Positions 10,300-23,400 of a stretch of 64,000 nt of DNA are shown here, piece after piece. The stretch spans positions 1,664,001 to 1,728,000 of the forward strand of contig OZ243974.1 in assembly GCA_965214775.1 (NCBI GenBank), given 5' to 3'. The DNA comes from Nitrosopumilus sp. Lineage in GTDB: Archaea; Thermoproteota; Nitrososphaeria; Nitrososphaerales; Nitrosopumilaceae. The position numbers were made by a program, and so were the translations under genes. The first letter of the stretch is position 1. Each line of letters begins with the position of its first letter. Under the pieces are notes generated by a model. The model had not been told where the DNA came from, ran no database searches, and was given only the letters and a program-made list of their open reading frames with translations.

Positions 10300-10700
10300 T
10301 GACTGCAAGTGCCACGGCCGCATGAAAAAGGACGCAAACCGCAGGATCAGATGCTAATGACACATGCTCAACGTCGCCGTACAGCACGACGACAGGATGA
10401 GGGAGTTCTGCAAGAGTCCGCAAAAGGAATGGTAACAGCCACGTCATAGCGGTAACGCATGTCAGTACTTCCCAAGTGTACTTTTACAGGCACGGCAATT
10501 ACGTAATTTGCAAAAGACCTTATGCGTAAACGAAATTAGCGGCTATGTCGTGCCGGGTCTGCAAAAGCACATAGGAAGTACTGATGTTGCAAACAAGATG
10601 CTCAGGATGATCTGGCACATGCTGCGACAAAGACACTGTACTCATCGCGCAACGATATCCTGTACAACAAGAAGATCAAGAGGGTGACTGAGCTGGCGGA
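10300..10700 (+). pseudogene. IS110-family transposase C-terminal remnant interrupted by MITE-F
   Basis: Fragments VAVQHDDRMREF and IAVTH|VANKMLRMIWHML resemble the IS110 C-terminus. Confidence 0.65.
10463..10583. mobile_element. MITE-F (121 bp)
   Basis: TIRs CAGTACTTCC / GGAAGTACTG with a 4-bp ATGT target duplication; removal restores the VTHVANKML frame. Confidence 0.8.
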
Positions 10701-10889
10701 GACAGGCCAAGATCACCCCCTGCCCCGTCACCCGTCCAATGATCCGGCCGCACCCAGGCAGGTACAAATGGACTGGTTCGTGCACATTACCGGCGTTAGC
10801 TGTAAGGCACGGCCCGTCTGAGCAGGCACGGATCAAAAGAAGAAAGGAACATCGTCGTGCTACCGGCGGGCGTTTCTACCATGGATGAA

Positions 10890-10999
10890 TGCAGTGCGCA
10901 CATCAAAAAACAGATCATGATTTTGCCATATCGTGCATGATTTTGCCATATCGTGCATGTTTTGACACAAATGTTCGATTTTCAACTGTGCGCACTGCA
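10890..10999. mobile_element. MITE-D copy with an internal 20-bp tandem duplication
   Basis: Perfect 13-bp TIR TGCAGTGCGCACA / TGTGCGCACTGCA. Confidence 0.8.
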
Positions 11000-11465
11000 C
11001 AACTCGGTTTTTTTGCTTGAATTCGTCCTATGATAAATCCAGATAAAAATCACAGTTGATTTCGGCTCTGTGATCGAAATCAGGGGTTTTTTGGCGAAAA
11101 AGGAAGTTATGCAACAAACTACCAATTCTATAACTTTAATAATTCATTTTTTAATCAATTAAGGTGTTAGAATGAACGTTTTATGTGATGCCATACGGCC
11201 GGATGTCCTTGCCGGGGCCCCCGCGATTGTTGGGGGGGGGGGGTGGTAGTGGTGGATCGACCAAAGGGTGTTGGCCAGAATCGCCACTGCGGCCTGAAGG
11301 TCGGCAGCAGCAGGATTGCCACGGACGCGGCACTCGGTTTCTATTTTCGGATCACTTCTCAGGTGCAGGTACGCGGGGCGGGGGAGCCCATGCGTCCTGC
11401 GGTCGGATGTTTTTGCGGGACGCCGTCAACTGCAGACAGTCCCGCGGAAGGGGGGAGGCATACTC

Positions 11466-14400
11466 ATGACGCTCCGCTCTCGTAGCAAGTCCGGTGGCCG
11501 GCCTGCCACAGCTGCGGCACGGCAGCATCCTCTCCTTCGGGATCCGGCACGGGTGGCCGTCCTGTTAGCGGTACTGGCTGCGGCCGCCGTCTCCGGCCTT
11601 GCCGCCATCGGCTTGCAGGCCGAGGCACAGGTACAAGAGCAGGCAGTCTCACGCCTCATAGTGTCTGAATCCTCGATCGTGTGGGACAATGAGGACGCCC
11701 CGCGGCTCTGGCAGCCCACCGGCGTGGACACCTTCGAGAGGAACGGGCGCGTCTATGCGGCCATAATCACAGAGGCCGAAGACGCCCTCCAGCTGGTGGA
11801 CATTACGGATCCGGACAATCCGCGGGCCACCGACGCCATCGACAGTTATGATATTGATCGCAGGTTTATTGACCCGCATGACGTGGCCATATATGAGAGG
11901 GACGGCAAGGCCTATGCCGTGATCGTCTCGCACGATGACGCCGTCCAGGTGCTTGATGTCTCAGATCCCGGCGATATCCGGGTCGCAGACTTTGTGGAAG
12001 ACAAAAGCGGTGTATACCTGGGCAACGGCCACGCCGTGGATGTCTTTGAGCGCCAGGGAGCCCTCTATGCGGTCGTGGCATCTGAGAGCGAGAACGGCAT
12101 CCAGCTGGTCACCCTCAGCAATCCTGAGGAGTTGCGACTGGCGGGGGGCCTGGGCGACAACAGCCAGCGCCTGCTTGACGATGCCCGCGGCGTGGCCGTC
12201 TTTGCTAGGGGAAACACCAACTTTGCCGTCGTCACCTCCGAGACCGAGGACGGCATCCAGATCGTGAGCCTCGGTGATCCCAACGGCCTGCGTGCCGTCG
12301 GGAGGCTCACCGCCGACGCGGATCTGGACTATGACAACCCGCGCGCCGTTGTCGTCTTTGAAATTGGTACAAAAGACTATGCGGCAGTGGCCTCGACCAA
12401 GGGCCTGCGCATAATAGACATCAGCAATACCAACCAGCCCGTCAACGCCGGCCAGTGGGTGGACGGCTCGTTCTCGCAGGACACCAGGCCCAACGACATG
12501 GACGTCTTCTCGATGGAGGGACGTACCTTTGTTGCCATGACGTTTGACGGTAGCGGCGGCGTCTCGTTTGTGGATGTGACGGATCCGCATGCCCCGGTAC
12601 ATGTGGGGAGTCTGAAGGACTCGACAAGCAGGGCCCTTGACACGGTATATGACATTGACATATTTACGAGAGGGGACTCGACGTACGCGGCGGCCGTCTC
12701 CTGGGAGGAGGACGCCATGCAGATCCTCAGGCTGGCGCTTGCAGAGGACACAAAGCCGGAGCTTGCCTCGGCCAGCCTTGACGAGCGCTCCGGGGTTCTT
12801 ACCGTCAAGTTCACCGAGCCCGTCGACGTGTCAAAGACCAACATGCTGCACCTGCACGTGAGCAGCGCCGGGGCGGCAAACCAAGTCCCGCTGCATGGCG
12901 CCGACTATGACAGAGCGGGGGTCGATACGACCACCTTGAGGTTCAAACTCTCAGAGTCGCAGCGGAGAATCGTAGACCCGATGGAGACGCCGCAGCTGGA
13001 CATCACCGAGGGAGCCGTCAGGGACCGGGCCGGAAACGCCATAGCGTCGGCGGCCGACAACCCGATCGAAGTCACCAGAATGGCAGCCTCCGTCGTCGTG
13101 ACTCCGGTGGGAAAACTGCACGACAACAACAAGGAGCTGCACCTTGACGGGCCGCGCGGCCTAGACGTGTACACCAGGGACGGCAAGACCTACGCCGTCG
13201 TTACATCGCACACCGACAGCGGCGTGCAGTTTGTAGACGTCACTAATCCGGACGACCCGAGAGGTTCTGGCCGCAACGGCGACGGCAGAGGCTCGGAGCT
13301 CAGGTGGGCGCGCGATGTGGCAGTCTACGAGCAAAGCGGGCGAATATATGCGGCCGTCGTGGGGCATGATGACGCCATCCAGATACTTGATGTCACCAAT
13401 CCCGGATCCGGCAATCACGAGCGGGGACACGAAAATGACAACAATGCCAGACTGCTTGGCAACGCCGAGGGCGTGGCGACGTTCAACATAGACGGAACCA
13501 CATACGCCATATCGACCTCCTTCTCGGAGAACGGCATACAGATAACCGACATCAGCGATCCCTCCGACCCGACTGCAATTGTGAACATGCCTGACAACGG
13601 CGACCGCCTGCTGGGCGAGCCTTGGGGCGTGGCCGTCTTTGAGAGGGACGGCTCCACGTACGCGGCGGTGACCTCAAACGAGGACGGCCTCCAGATCATA
13701 GACATCAGCCGTCCTCACCTTCCTAACGCCGTGGGACGTATAGGCGACAACGGCGACCGCCTGCTTGAGGACACTAGGGGCGTGGACACCTTTGAAAAGG
13801 ACGGTAGGACCTACGCCGTGGTGGCCTCTTGGCTTGACGACGGCATCCAGATTGTGGATGTCACCGATCCGGCCAGCCCGACTGCCAAGGGCAATCTGCG
13901 TGACACGGACGGCCTGCTGATACTCAACGGCGCCCACGGCGTGGATGTCTTTGAGCTGGGCGAATACGTGTTTGCAGCCGTGGCAACGTTTAGCAACGAC
14001 GGCATCCAGATTGTGGACGTCACTGATCCGGATCGCCCGGCACCGGCGGCATCCCTCGGGGACACCGGGGGCTCCAACGAACTGCTGCTAGATGGCGCCG
14101 TCGAGGTGGATGTCTTTCAGATAGGCGGCGTCACGTACGCTGCCGTCTCGCCATGGCATGACGACGGCCTGCAGATAGTCCGGCTGGCCCTTGCCGAGAA
14201 CGAGCCGCCGCGCTTTGCGTCGGCCTCCATAGACGAGAGGAGTGGCGTCCTTACAGTCAGGTTCACCGAGAGGATAGACGTCTCAATGACCGATCTGAAC
14301 CGCATGCACCTCAGCCAGGACGGCGACGTGGACACCGTCTCGCTGGCAGGCGCCAGCCTGGACTCGAGGGCGGCCGACTCGGACACCATAACCATAAAGC

Positions 14401-17400
14401 TTACAGAGGCGCAGCTGCTGCGGACGTCGCCGATGAGCACGCCGCAGCTGGACATCGGCGCCGGCGCCGTTACCGACCTGGCCGGCAACGCCATAAGGGG
14501 CATGCCGGACAACCCCGTCAGCGTCGAAGCAGAGACGGCACTCCTTGTCGCGACCCCAGTCGGGTCCATAAAGGACACCGGCGCCCTACTGCTCAACGGC
14601 CCGCGTTCGGTCAACGCATTTACGATAGGACCGGAGACGTACCTGGCAGTCACATCCATATCAAACCACGGCATCCAGTTTATCCGTGTGACCGATCCGA
14701 CGAATCCGGAAGGTGCCGGGCAGGTGAGCGATACCAAGGGTCTCGAGCTTCGGGATCCGCACGATAGCGCCTTCTTCGAGAAGAACGGATCTTACTATGT
14801 GGCAGTCGTGGCGCACGACGACGGCATGGAGATAATCGACGTCACAAGTCCGGCCGGGGCGACCCCGGTCTCGCGCGTACGGGACGACAGTAGCAAGCGG
14901 CTCTCAAACCCGCACAGCGTCGACGTCTTTGAAAAGGATGGCAGGATATACACCGTATCGACGGCCAGTGCGGATCGGGGCTTACAGATCGTGGACGTCA
15001 CCGATCCGCGCAACCCGGAGGCCCTCGGAACCCTGTTTGACGGCTGGACACTGTATGACGCCCGTGACGTGGATGTCTTTACGATAGGGAATCGCATCTA
15101 CGCGGTGGTGACCGCATACGGCGCCGGCGGCAGCGAGGGCTGGGACGGCATCCGGATCGTGGACGTTACCGATCCGCGCAGTCCGGCCTTTGTCGGAGCG
15201 TTGCGCGATGACGGCACCCGGCTGCTCAAAGACACCCGTGGCGTGGACACCTTCGTCATAGGCGAGCACACGTACGCGGCAGTCACCGGCAACGGGAACG
15301 ACGGGGTGGAGATAGTCCGGGTTACCGATCCGGCCAATCCGGCCAGCGTAGGACGGCTGTCAGACAGCGACCGCGACCGCGACGGCGGCGGGCTGATTCT
15401 CAACAACCCCCACGGCGTGGCGGCCTTTGAGATAGGCGTCAGGACATACGTGGCAGTCACCGCAGGCGAGGACGGCCTGCAGCTGATCGACGTCACCAAG
15501 CCAAACAACCCGATCCCAGCAGCAGAGGTGCGCGATACGCCAAGCCTGCTGCTTGATGACACCTATGATGTGGACACCTTCGTAATAGACGGCACCACGT
15601 ACGCCGCAGTGGCCTCTTGGTCCGAGGACGGCATCCAGATACTCAGGCTCGAGCATGCGGACACCTCAAGGCCCGCCTTCGAGTCGGCCTCGTTGAATAC
15701 AAACACGCGCGTCCTTACCGTCACATTCGACGAGAAGATCGACGTCTCCGAGGTAAGTCTGAGTAGGTTCCTCATAACCGACGCAGACGGCGATCCCAGC
15801 TTCCGTCTGACTGCACTTCCACTGTCCACGACGGACGACTCTGATACGATAACCATTCATCTTTCCTCTGGACAGATAAACACCGTCGGCGCGATGAACA
15901 GCCCAAGGCTGACCATATCCGAGGGAGGCGTGTCGGATCTGGCCGGCAACGAGATTTCCACGACGAATAACAAGCGAATCACGCTTGCCGGCGACAGCGA
16001 CAGGCCGGCGTTCGTGTCTGCCGCACTGGACGAGAACACGAGGATCATTTCAATCAGCTTTGACGAGATCATCGACGTGTCAGAGACCAACACGTGGCGG
16101 ATGAACGTGACCTACGCCGGGGCGGATCCGGCCAGGGATCCGATCAGGTTGCGTGGCGCCAGCCTTGACCGTACGGGACCCGACACGGACACCCTGTCTC
16201 TCCTGCTTGCCGAGTCGCAGCTGCGGCGGATAGCCGCCATACCTGAGCCGCTGCTGGACATCCGGGAGGGCGCCGTCGTCGACCTCTCAGGCAACGACGT
16301 CGAGGCGGTCTCCGACGGCCGGATCGAGATCACCGAAAGGCTGCCGGGCCTCATCATAACTGCCTCCTCGAACATAGTCGACGGACGCGGTGCCGAGCGG
16401 CTCAACGGCCCCACCGGCCTGGAGATCTTTGAGAAGGACGGGCGCACCTACGCGGCCATAGTGACCCAGTCAGATGACTCCCTCCAGATTATAGACATCA
16501 CGGATCCGGACAACCTGCGGGCCACCGACCATTCGGGCGACGGCCGTAACTCGGAGTTCAATAATCCAAACGACGTGGCCATAGTAAAGAACGACAACAA
16601 GATCTTTGCCGTAATCGTCTCAGACGACGATGCCGTTCAGGTGCTTGAGATCACCAATCCCTCCGACATCCGGGAGACCAGGCACCTGAACGATCACACA
16701 GACCTGTTCCTGGGCAACGGCTACGCGCTTGCCACCTTTGATCCTCCTGGTGGAATCAAATACGCAATCGTAACCTCTGAGAGCGAGAATGGCGTCCAGG
16801 TGATCAACGTAGACAATCTATCCAGAAACCTGGGTGCCACTGTCAAACTGGCCGACTCGAGCGACCTACTGCTCGACGATCCCCGCAGCGTGGCCGTCTT
16901 TGCCGGTGGCCAGCAACGATACGCTGTCATCACGTCCTCGACCGAGGACGGCATACAGGTGCTCGAGATCGGAGCCAACCGTGTACGTGCAGCCGGACAG
17001 CTCACGTTTGACCCTCGCCTGGACTATGACAACCCCAACAGCGTCGTCACCTTCCAGATCGACGGACATAACTATGCGGCCGTGGCCTCCTCCAAGGGGC
17101 TGCGGATGGTGGATCTGGGCGACCCCAGTTCCCCGGCCTTCGCCGGCCAGTGGATCGGCGGCTCGTCCTCGTCGTCTCCGAGACCATACGAGATGGATGT
17201 CTTTGAGATGGAGGGCCGCACCTTTGTGGCCATGGGCTTTGACGGCACTGCCGGCATACGGTTCATAGACGTCACCGATCCGTACAGGCCGGTGTCCGTG
17301 GGGAACCTGTGGGACTCGACAGGCAGGAACCTCCATACGATATACGACATAGACGTGTTTACCATAGGCGCCTCGACGTACGCGGCTGCCGTCTCTTGGC

Positions 17401-20400
17401 AGGAGGATGCGCTGCAGGTCGTCAGACTGGCCCTCGAGGAGGACACAAAACCGGAGTTTGCATCGGCCGAGCTTGACGAGAACACCGGACGACTTACAGT
17501 CACATTCACCGAGCCCGTCGACGTGTCAAGGACCAACCTGTGGCGGCTTTATATAAGCGACACCGGGATGGCCAACCAGGTCAGGCTGACCGGTGCCGGC
17601 TTTGACGGCACGAAACCCGACGCGGACACCCTGACGTTTACGCTTACCGAGTCGCAGCGGAGGATTGTCGTCCCGATGGACACGCCGCAGCTGGACATCA
17701 CCGAGGGAGCCGTCAGGGATCGGGCCGGAAACAACATAGCGTCGGCGGCCGACAACCCGATCAAAGTCACCAGAATGGCAGCCTCCGTCGTCGTGACCCC
17801 GGTGGGAAACCTGCACGACAACAACAAGGAGCTGCACCTTGACGGGCCGCGCGGCCTAGACGTGTACACCAGGGACGGCAAGACCTACGCCGTCGTTACA
17901 TCGCACACCGACAGCGGCGTGCAGTTTGTAGACGTCACTAATCCAGACAACCCGAGAGGTTCTGGCCGCAACGGCGACGGCAAAGGCTCGGAGCTCAGGT
18001 GGGCGCGCGATGTGGCAGTCTACGAGAGGAACAATCGCATATATGCGGCCGTCGTGGGACATGATGATGCCATCCAGATACTTGATGTCACCAATCCCGG
18101 ATCCGGCGATCACGAGCGGGGACACGTAAATGACAACAATGACAGACTGCTTGGCAACGCCGAGGGCGTGGCGATATTCAACCGGGGCCCGGACGTATAC
18201 GCCATATCGACCTCCTTTGCGGAGGACGGCATCCAGATAACCAACATAGGCAACCCGTCCAGTCCTGATGCCGTCGGAAAGCTGCGCGACAACACCACCC
18301 ACCTGCGACTGAACGAGGCCTGGGCCGTGGCCACCTTTAGGTTGGGTGGCACCCCGTACGCGGCGGTGGCCGGCAACGAGGACGGCCTTGAGATAATCCA
18401 GCTTATCAGTACAAACAGCCCAACGTCTGTCGGACGCATAGTCGACAACAATGACCTGCTGCTCGAGGACGTCCGGGGCCTAGACACCTTTGAGAAGGAC
18501 GGCAAGACCTACGTCGTGGCGGCCTCCTGGCTTGACGACGGCATCCAGATATTTGAGATCGACGCAGGGGGAGTCCCGACCGCCAAGGGCAAGCTGAGCG
18601 ACAGCGACGGCGGCCTGGGACAATCGCTGATACTCAACGGCGCCCACGGCGTGGACGTCTTTGAGATGGGCGAATACATATTTGCAGCCGTGGCATCGTA
18701 CAGCAACGACGGCATCCAGATTGTGGACATCACCGATCCGGATCGCCCGGCACCGGCGGGATCCCTCGGGGACTCCGGTGAGCTGCTGCTAGACGGCGCC
18801 ATCGAGGTAAAGGTCTTTGAGATAGACGGCGTCACGTACGCGGCCGTCTCGGCATGGGAGGAGGACGGCATCCAGATAGTCCGGCTGGCCCTTGCCGAGA
18901 ACGAGCCGCCGCGCTTTGCATCGGCCTCCCTGGACGAGAGGAGGGGCGTCCTCACAGTAGAGTTCAGCGAGAAGGTAGACGTCTCAATGACCGATCTGGG
19001 CCGCATGCACCTCAGCCAGGACGGTATCGTGGATGCCGTCTCGCTGGCAGGCGCCGAGCTGGACTCGGAGATGGCCGACTCGGATACCATGACCATCACG
19101 CTTACAGAGTCCCAGCTACTGCGGACATCGCCGATGAACACGCCGCAGCTGGACATCGGCGCCGGCGCCGTCACCGATCTTGCCGGCAACACCATAGGAC
19201 GCTCGACGGACAACCCCGCCGGCATCACCGCCGAGAGCCCGCTGCTGTTTGCGACCCCCGTGGCAAACATAAGGGACGACTACACCCTGCTGCTCAACGG
19301 CCCGCGCTCGGTCAACGCGTTTGTGATAGGCGACAAGACGTACGTGGCAGTCACCTCAATATCAAATCACGGCCTCGAGCTGATCGAGGTCACCGATCCG
19401 AAGAATCCGACCGGCGTCGGGAGGGTAAAGGACACCAGCGGCCTCGAGCTCCGGGATCCGCACGACACGGCCATCTTCAAGATAGGAACAAAGACGTATG
19501 CGGCAGTCGTGGCGCACGACGACGGCATGGAGATTATCGACATCACGGATCCGGCCAACCCGGATCCGGTCTCGCGCGTACGGGACGACAGTAGCAAGCG
19601 GCTCTCAAACCCGCACAGCGTCGACGTCTTTGAAAAGGATGGCAGGATATACACCGTATCGACGGCCAGTGCGGATCGGGGCTTACAGATCGTGGACGTC
19701 ACCGATCCGCGCAACCCGGAGGCCCTCGGAACCCTGTTTGACGGCTGGACACTGTATGACGCCCGTGACGTGGATGTCTTTACGATAGGGAATCACATCT
19801 ACGCGGTGGTGACCGCATACGGCGCCGGCGGCAGCGAGGGCTGGGACGGCATCCGGATCGTGGACGTTACCGATCCGCGCAGTCCGGCCTTTGTCGGAGC
19901 GTTGCGCGATGACGGCACCCGGCTGCTCAAAGACACCCGTGGCGTGGACACCTTCGTCATAGGCGAGCACACGTACGCGGCAGTCACCGGCAACGGGAAC
20001 GACGGGGTGGAGATAGTCCGGGTTACCGATCCGGCCAATCCGGCCAGCGTAGGACGGCTGTCAGACAGCGACCGCGACCGCGACGGCGGCGGGCTGATTC
20101 TCAACAACCCCCACGGCGTGGCGGCCTTTGAGATAGGCATATACACGTACGTGGCAGTCACCGCAGGAGAGGACGGCCTGCAGGTGGTCGACGTCAGCGA
20201 CCCGCGCAACCCGATTCCTGTCGTGGAGATGCGCGACAACGGCAACCGGCTGCTTGCTGACACCTACGACGTGGACACCTTCGTAATAGACGGCACCACG
20301 TACGCCGCAGTGGCCTCATGGACGGAGGACGGCATCCAGATAGTCAAGCTCGAGCATGCGGACACCTCAAGACCCGTCCTCGAGTCGGCCACGCTGGACT

Positions 20401-23400
20401 TCAACACGAGGGTCTTCAGCGCCACGTTTGACAAGACGATAGACGCATCCGAGACGGATCTGTCAAAGCTGTCCATAATCGAGGGCTCGAACCGGGTGGG
20501 CTTGGTAGGTGCCGACCACACGGGGACGGACTCTGACGTAGTGATGATTACGCTTACCCGGGAACAGATACAGCAGGTCGATGCCATGGCCAGTCCGTCG
20601 CTTGACGTCGGCGAGGGTGCCGTCTCGGATCTCTCCGGCAACCAGGTGCGCAGCGTCTCTGAGGTCATGGAGACCACCGGAAGGCCGGAGCCGGCCCCGC
20701 CGGTGGCGCCGGACACGGCGGTCACGACTGCAGAGGACACGGCCATAGTCATCACGCCGGCCATATCCGACCCGGATCCGGGCGACACGCCCAGGATAAC
20801 GGATGTCGGCACTCCTGTAGAAGGATCTGCCACCTTCAGCGACACGGAGATCACGTACACGCCGTCCCCGGACTATAATGGCACCGACACGTTTGATTAT
20901 ACTGTCACCTCCGGGGCCGACACCGCACAGGGCACGATAACTGTGACAATCACGCGCGACAACAACGCCCCGGTCCTGGGCGCAATAGGCAACCAGACTG
21001 CCACGGTGGGCGTCCAGCTGATCATAACACCTGACGTGACTGACGCGGATCCGACTGACACGCATACGTATTCGATATCGCGCGGCACGCTGCCGGCAGC
21101 TGCCACGTTCAGCACGTCTGACGGCCGCCTCGACTGGACGCCGGTTCAGGCAGACGCCGGGCAGACACACGAGGTTACAATAACGGTAAATGACACCCGC
21201 GGAGGCGCCGACTCGGAGGCCTTCAGCATAAAGACGGTGGAGGCACCGGACGTGACACCGCCCGTAATCACGATAACCGGTGGCAGTCCGCTGGTCCACG
21301 AGCTCGGCGACCCGTACACCGACCAGGGCGCCACTTCTGACGACGGCTCGGTAGTCCACACCACTGGCTCGAACGTCAACGTGACAAAGTCCGGCGACTA
21401 CTTTGTGTCATACGCGGCCACCGACGATAACGCCAACACGGGCACGGCCACTAGGACGGTGCAGGTGCGCGACACCACGGCACCCGTTATTGTGGTGACC
21501 GGTCCGCCGTCACTGACCCTGGTGATCGACGGCAGCTACCCGGAGAGGGGCGCCACCGTATCTGACAACGATCCTGCATATACAACCACGACGGCCACAG
21601 TCGAAGGCGACACCGTGGACACAAACTCCACGGGCACCTACGTGGTATCGTACACAGCGCCGGCAGACGACGCCGGCAACGCACCGGATGCGGTCACCCG
21701 CACCGTCATAGTCCAGGATACGGATGCGCCCGTCATCACGATAAATGGCGACAACCCGCTGGCCCACGAGCTCGGTGATACATACACCGACCAGGGCGCC
21801 GACTCCGACGACGGCTCGGCAGTTATCACCGACGACACGGCAGTAGACGTCAACGAGCACGGTGACTATGCGGTTACATACACGGCCACCGACGCGGGTA
21901 ACAACACGGGCACGGCCATCCGGATGGTTCAGGTGCGCGACACCACGGCACCCGTCATAACACTCAACGGGAGCGCGTCTGTGACAGTCGAGCTGGGCGG
22001 CGCATACGCCGAGCTGGGTGCCACCGTATCTGACAACGATCCCGATTATACAACCACGACGGCCACAGTCGGCGGCGACACCGTGGACACGAGCTCGACT
22101 GGCACCTACACGGTATCGTACACGGCGCCGGCAGACGATGCCGGCAACACGCCGGATCCGGTCACCCGCACCGTCATAGTCCAGGATACGGCGGCGCCCA
22201 CCATTACGGTATCCGGCGACAACCCGCTGGCCCACGAGCTCGGCAACCCGTACACGGATCCGGGCGCCACTTCTGACGACGGCTCGGCAGTTATCACGAA
22301 CTCCTCGGCCGTCGACGTCAACGAGCACGGCGACTATACCGTAACCTATACTGCCACCGACGGGGACGGCAACGAGGGTAAGAACACTAGGACGGTTCAG
22401 GTGCGCGACACCACAAAGCCTGTCATCGGCGCCACGGGCGACGACCCGCTGGTCCACGAGCTCGGCAACCCGTACACGGATCCGGGCGCCACTGTATCTG
22501 ACAACGATCCCGATTATACCGGCACGGTCACAACCGGAGGCGACACCGTTGACACAAACACCGCGGGCACCTACACGGTATCGTATACGGCGCCGGCAGA
22601 TGACGCCGGCAACGCACCGGATCCGGTCCCCCGCACCGTCACCGTCCAGGACACCACGGCACCCGTCATAACACTCAACGGGGACGCGTCTGTGACCGTC
22701 GAGTTCGGCGGCACCTACGCCGAGCAGGGCACCACCGTATCTGACAACGATCCCAACTATAACGGCATTGTGACCGAGTCGGGAACGGTCAACACGCAAG
22801 TGTCAGGCGACTATCAGGTGACATATACGGCACCGGCAGACGATGCGGGTAACGCACCTGACACGGTCACCAGGTTTGTCTTTGTCCGGGACTCGACTGC
22901 ACCCGTAATAACACTCTATGGGAACGCGACTGTGACCGTCGAGCTGGGCGGCACGTACACTGAGCTGGGCGCCGAGGTGGCCGACGGCGAGCCGGGCTAT
23001 GCAGGCACGGTCACAACCGGAGGCGACACCGTTGACACAAACACCGCGGGCACCTACACGGTATCGTATACGGCGCCGCCAGACGGGGACGGCAACGCAC
23101 CTGCTCCGGTCATCCGCACCGTCGTGGTGCAGGACACCACGGCACCCGTCATAACACTCAACGGGGACGCGACCGTCTTCGTCGAGCTGGGCGGCACCTA
23201 CACGGAACAGGGCGCCACCGTATCTGACAACGATCCCGACTATGCCGGCACGGCCACGCCCGGAGGCGACACCGTTGACACAAACACCGCGGGCACCTAC
23301 ACGGTATCGTATACGGCGCTGGCAGACGATGCAAACAACGCACCGGATCAGGTCACCCGCACCGTCGTGGTACAGGACACCAGCGGGCCGGCAATAACAC

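Noticed and set aside
10515-10533. AGACCTTATGCGTAAACGA resembling a MITE-A end
   Set aside because: Short, has no partner end and lies inside MITE-F; may be coincidental
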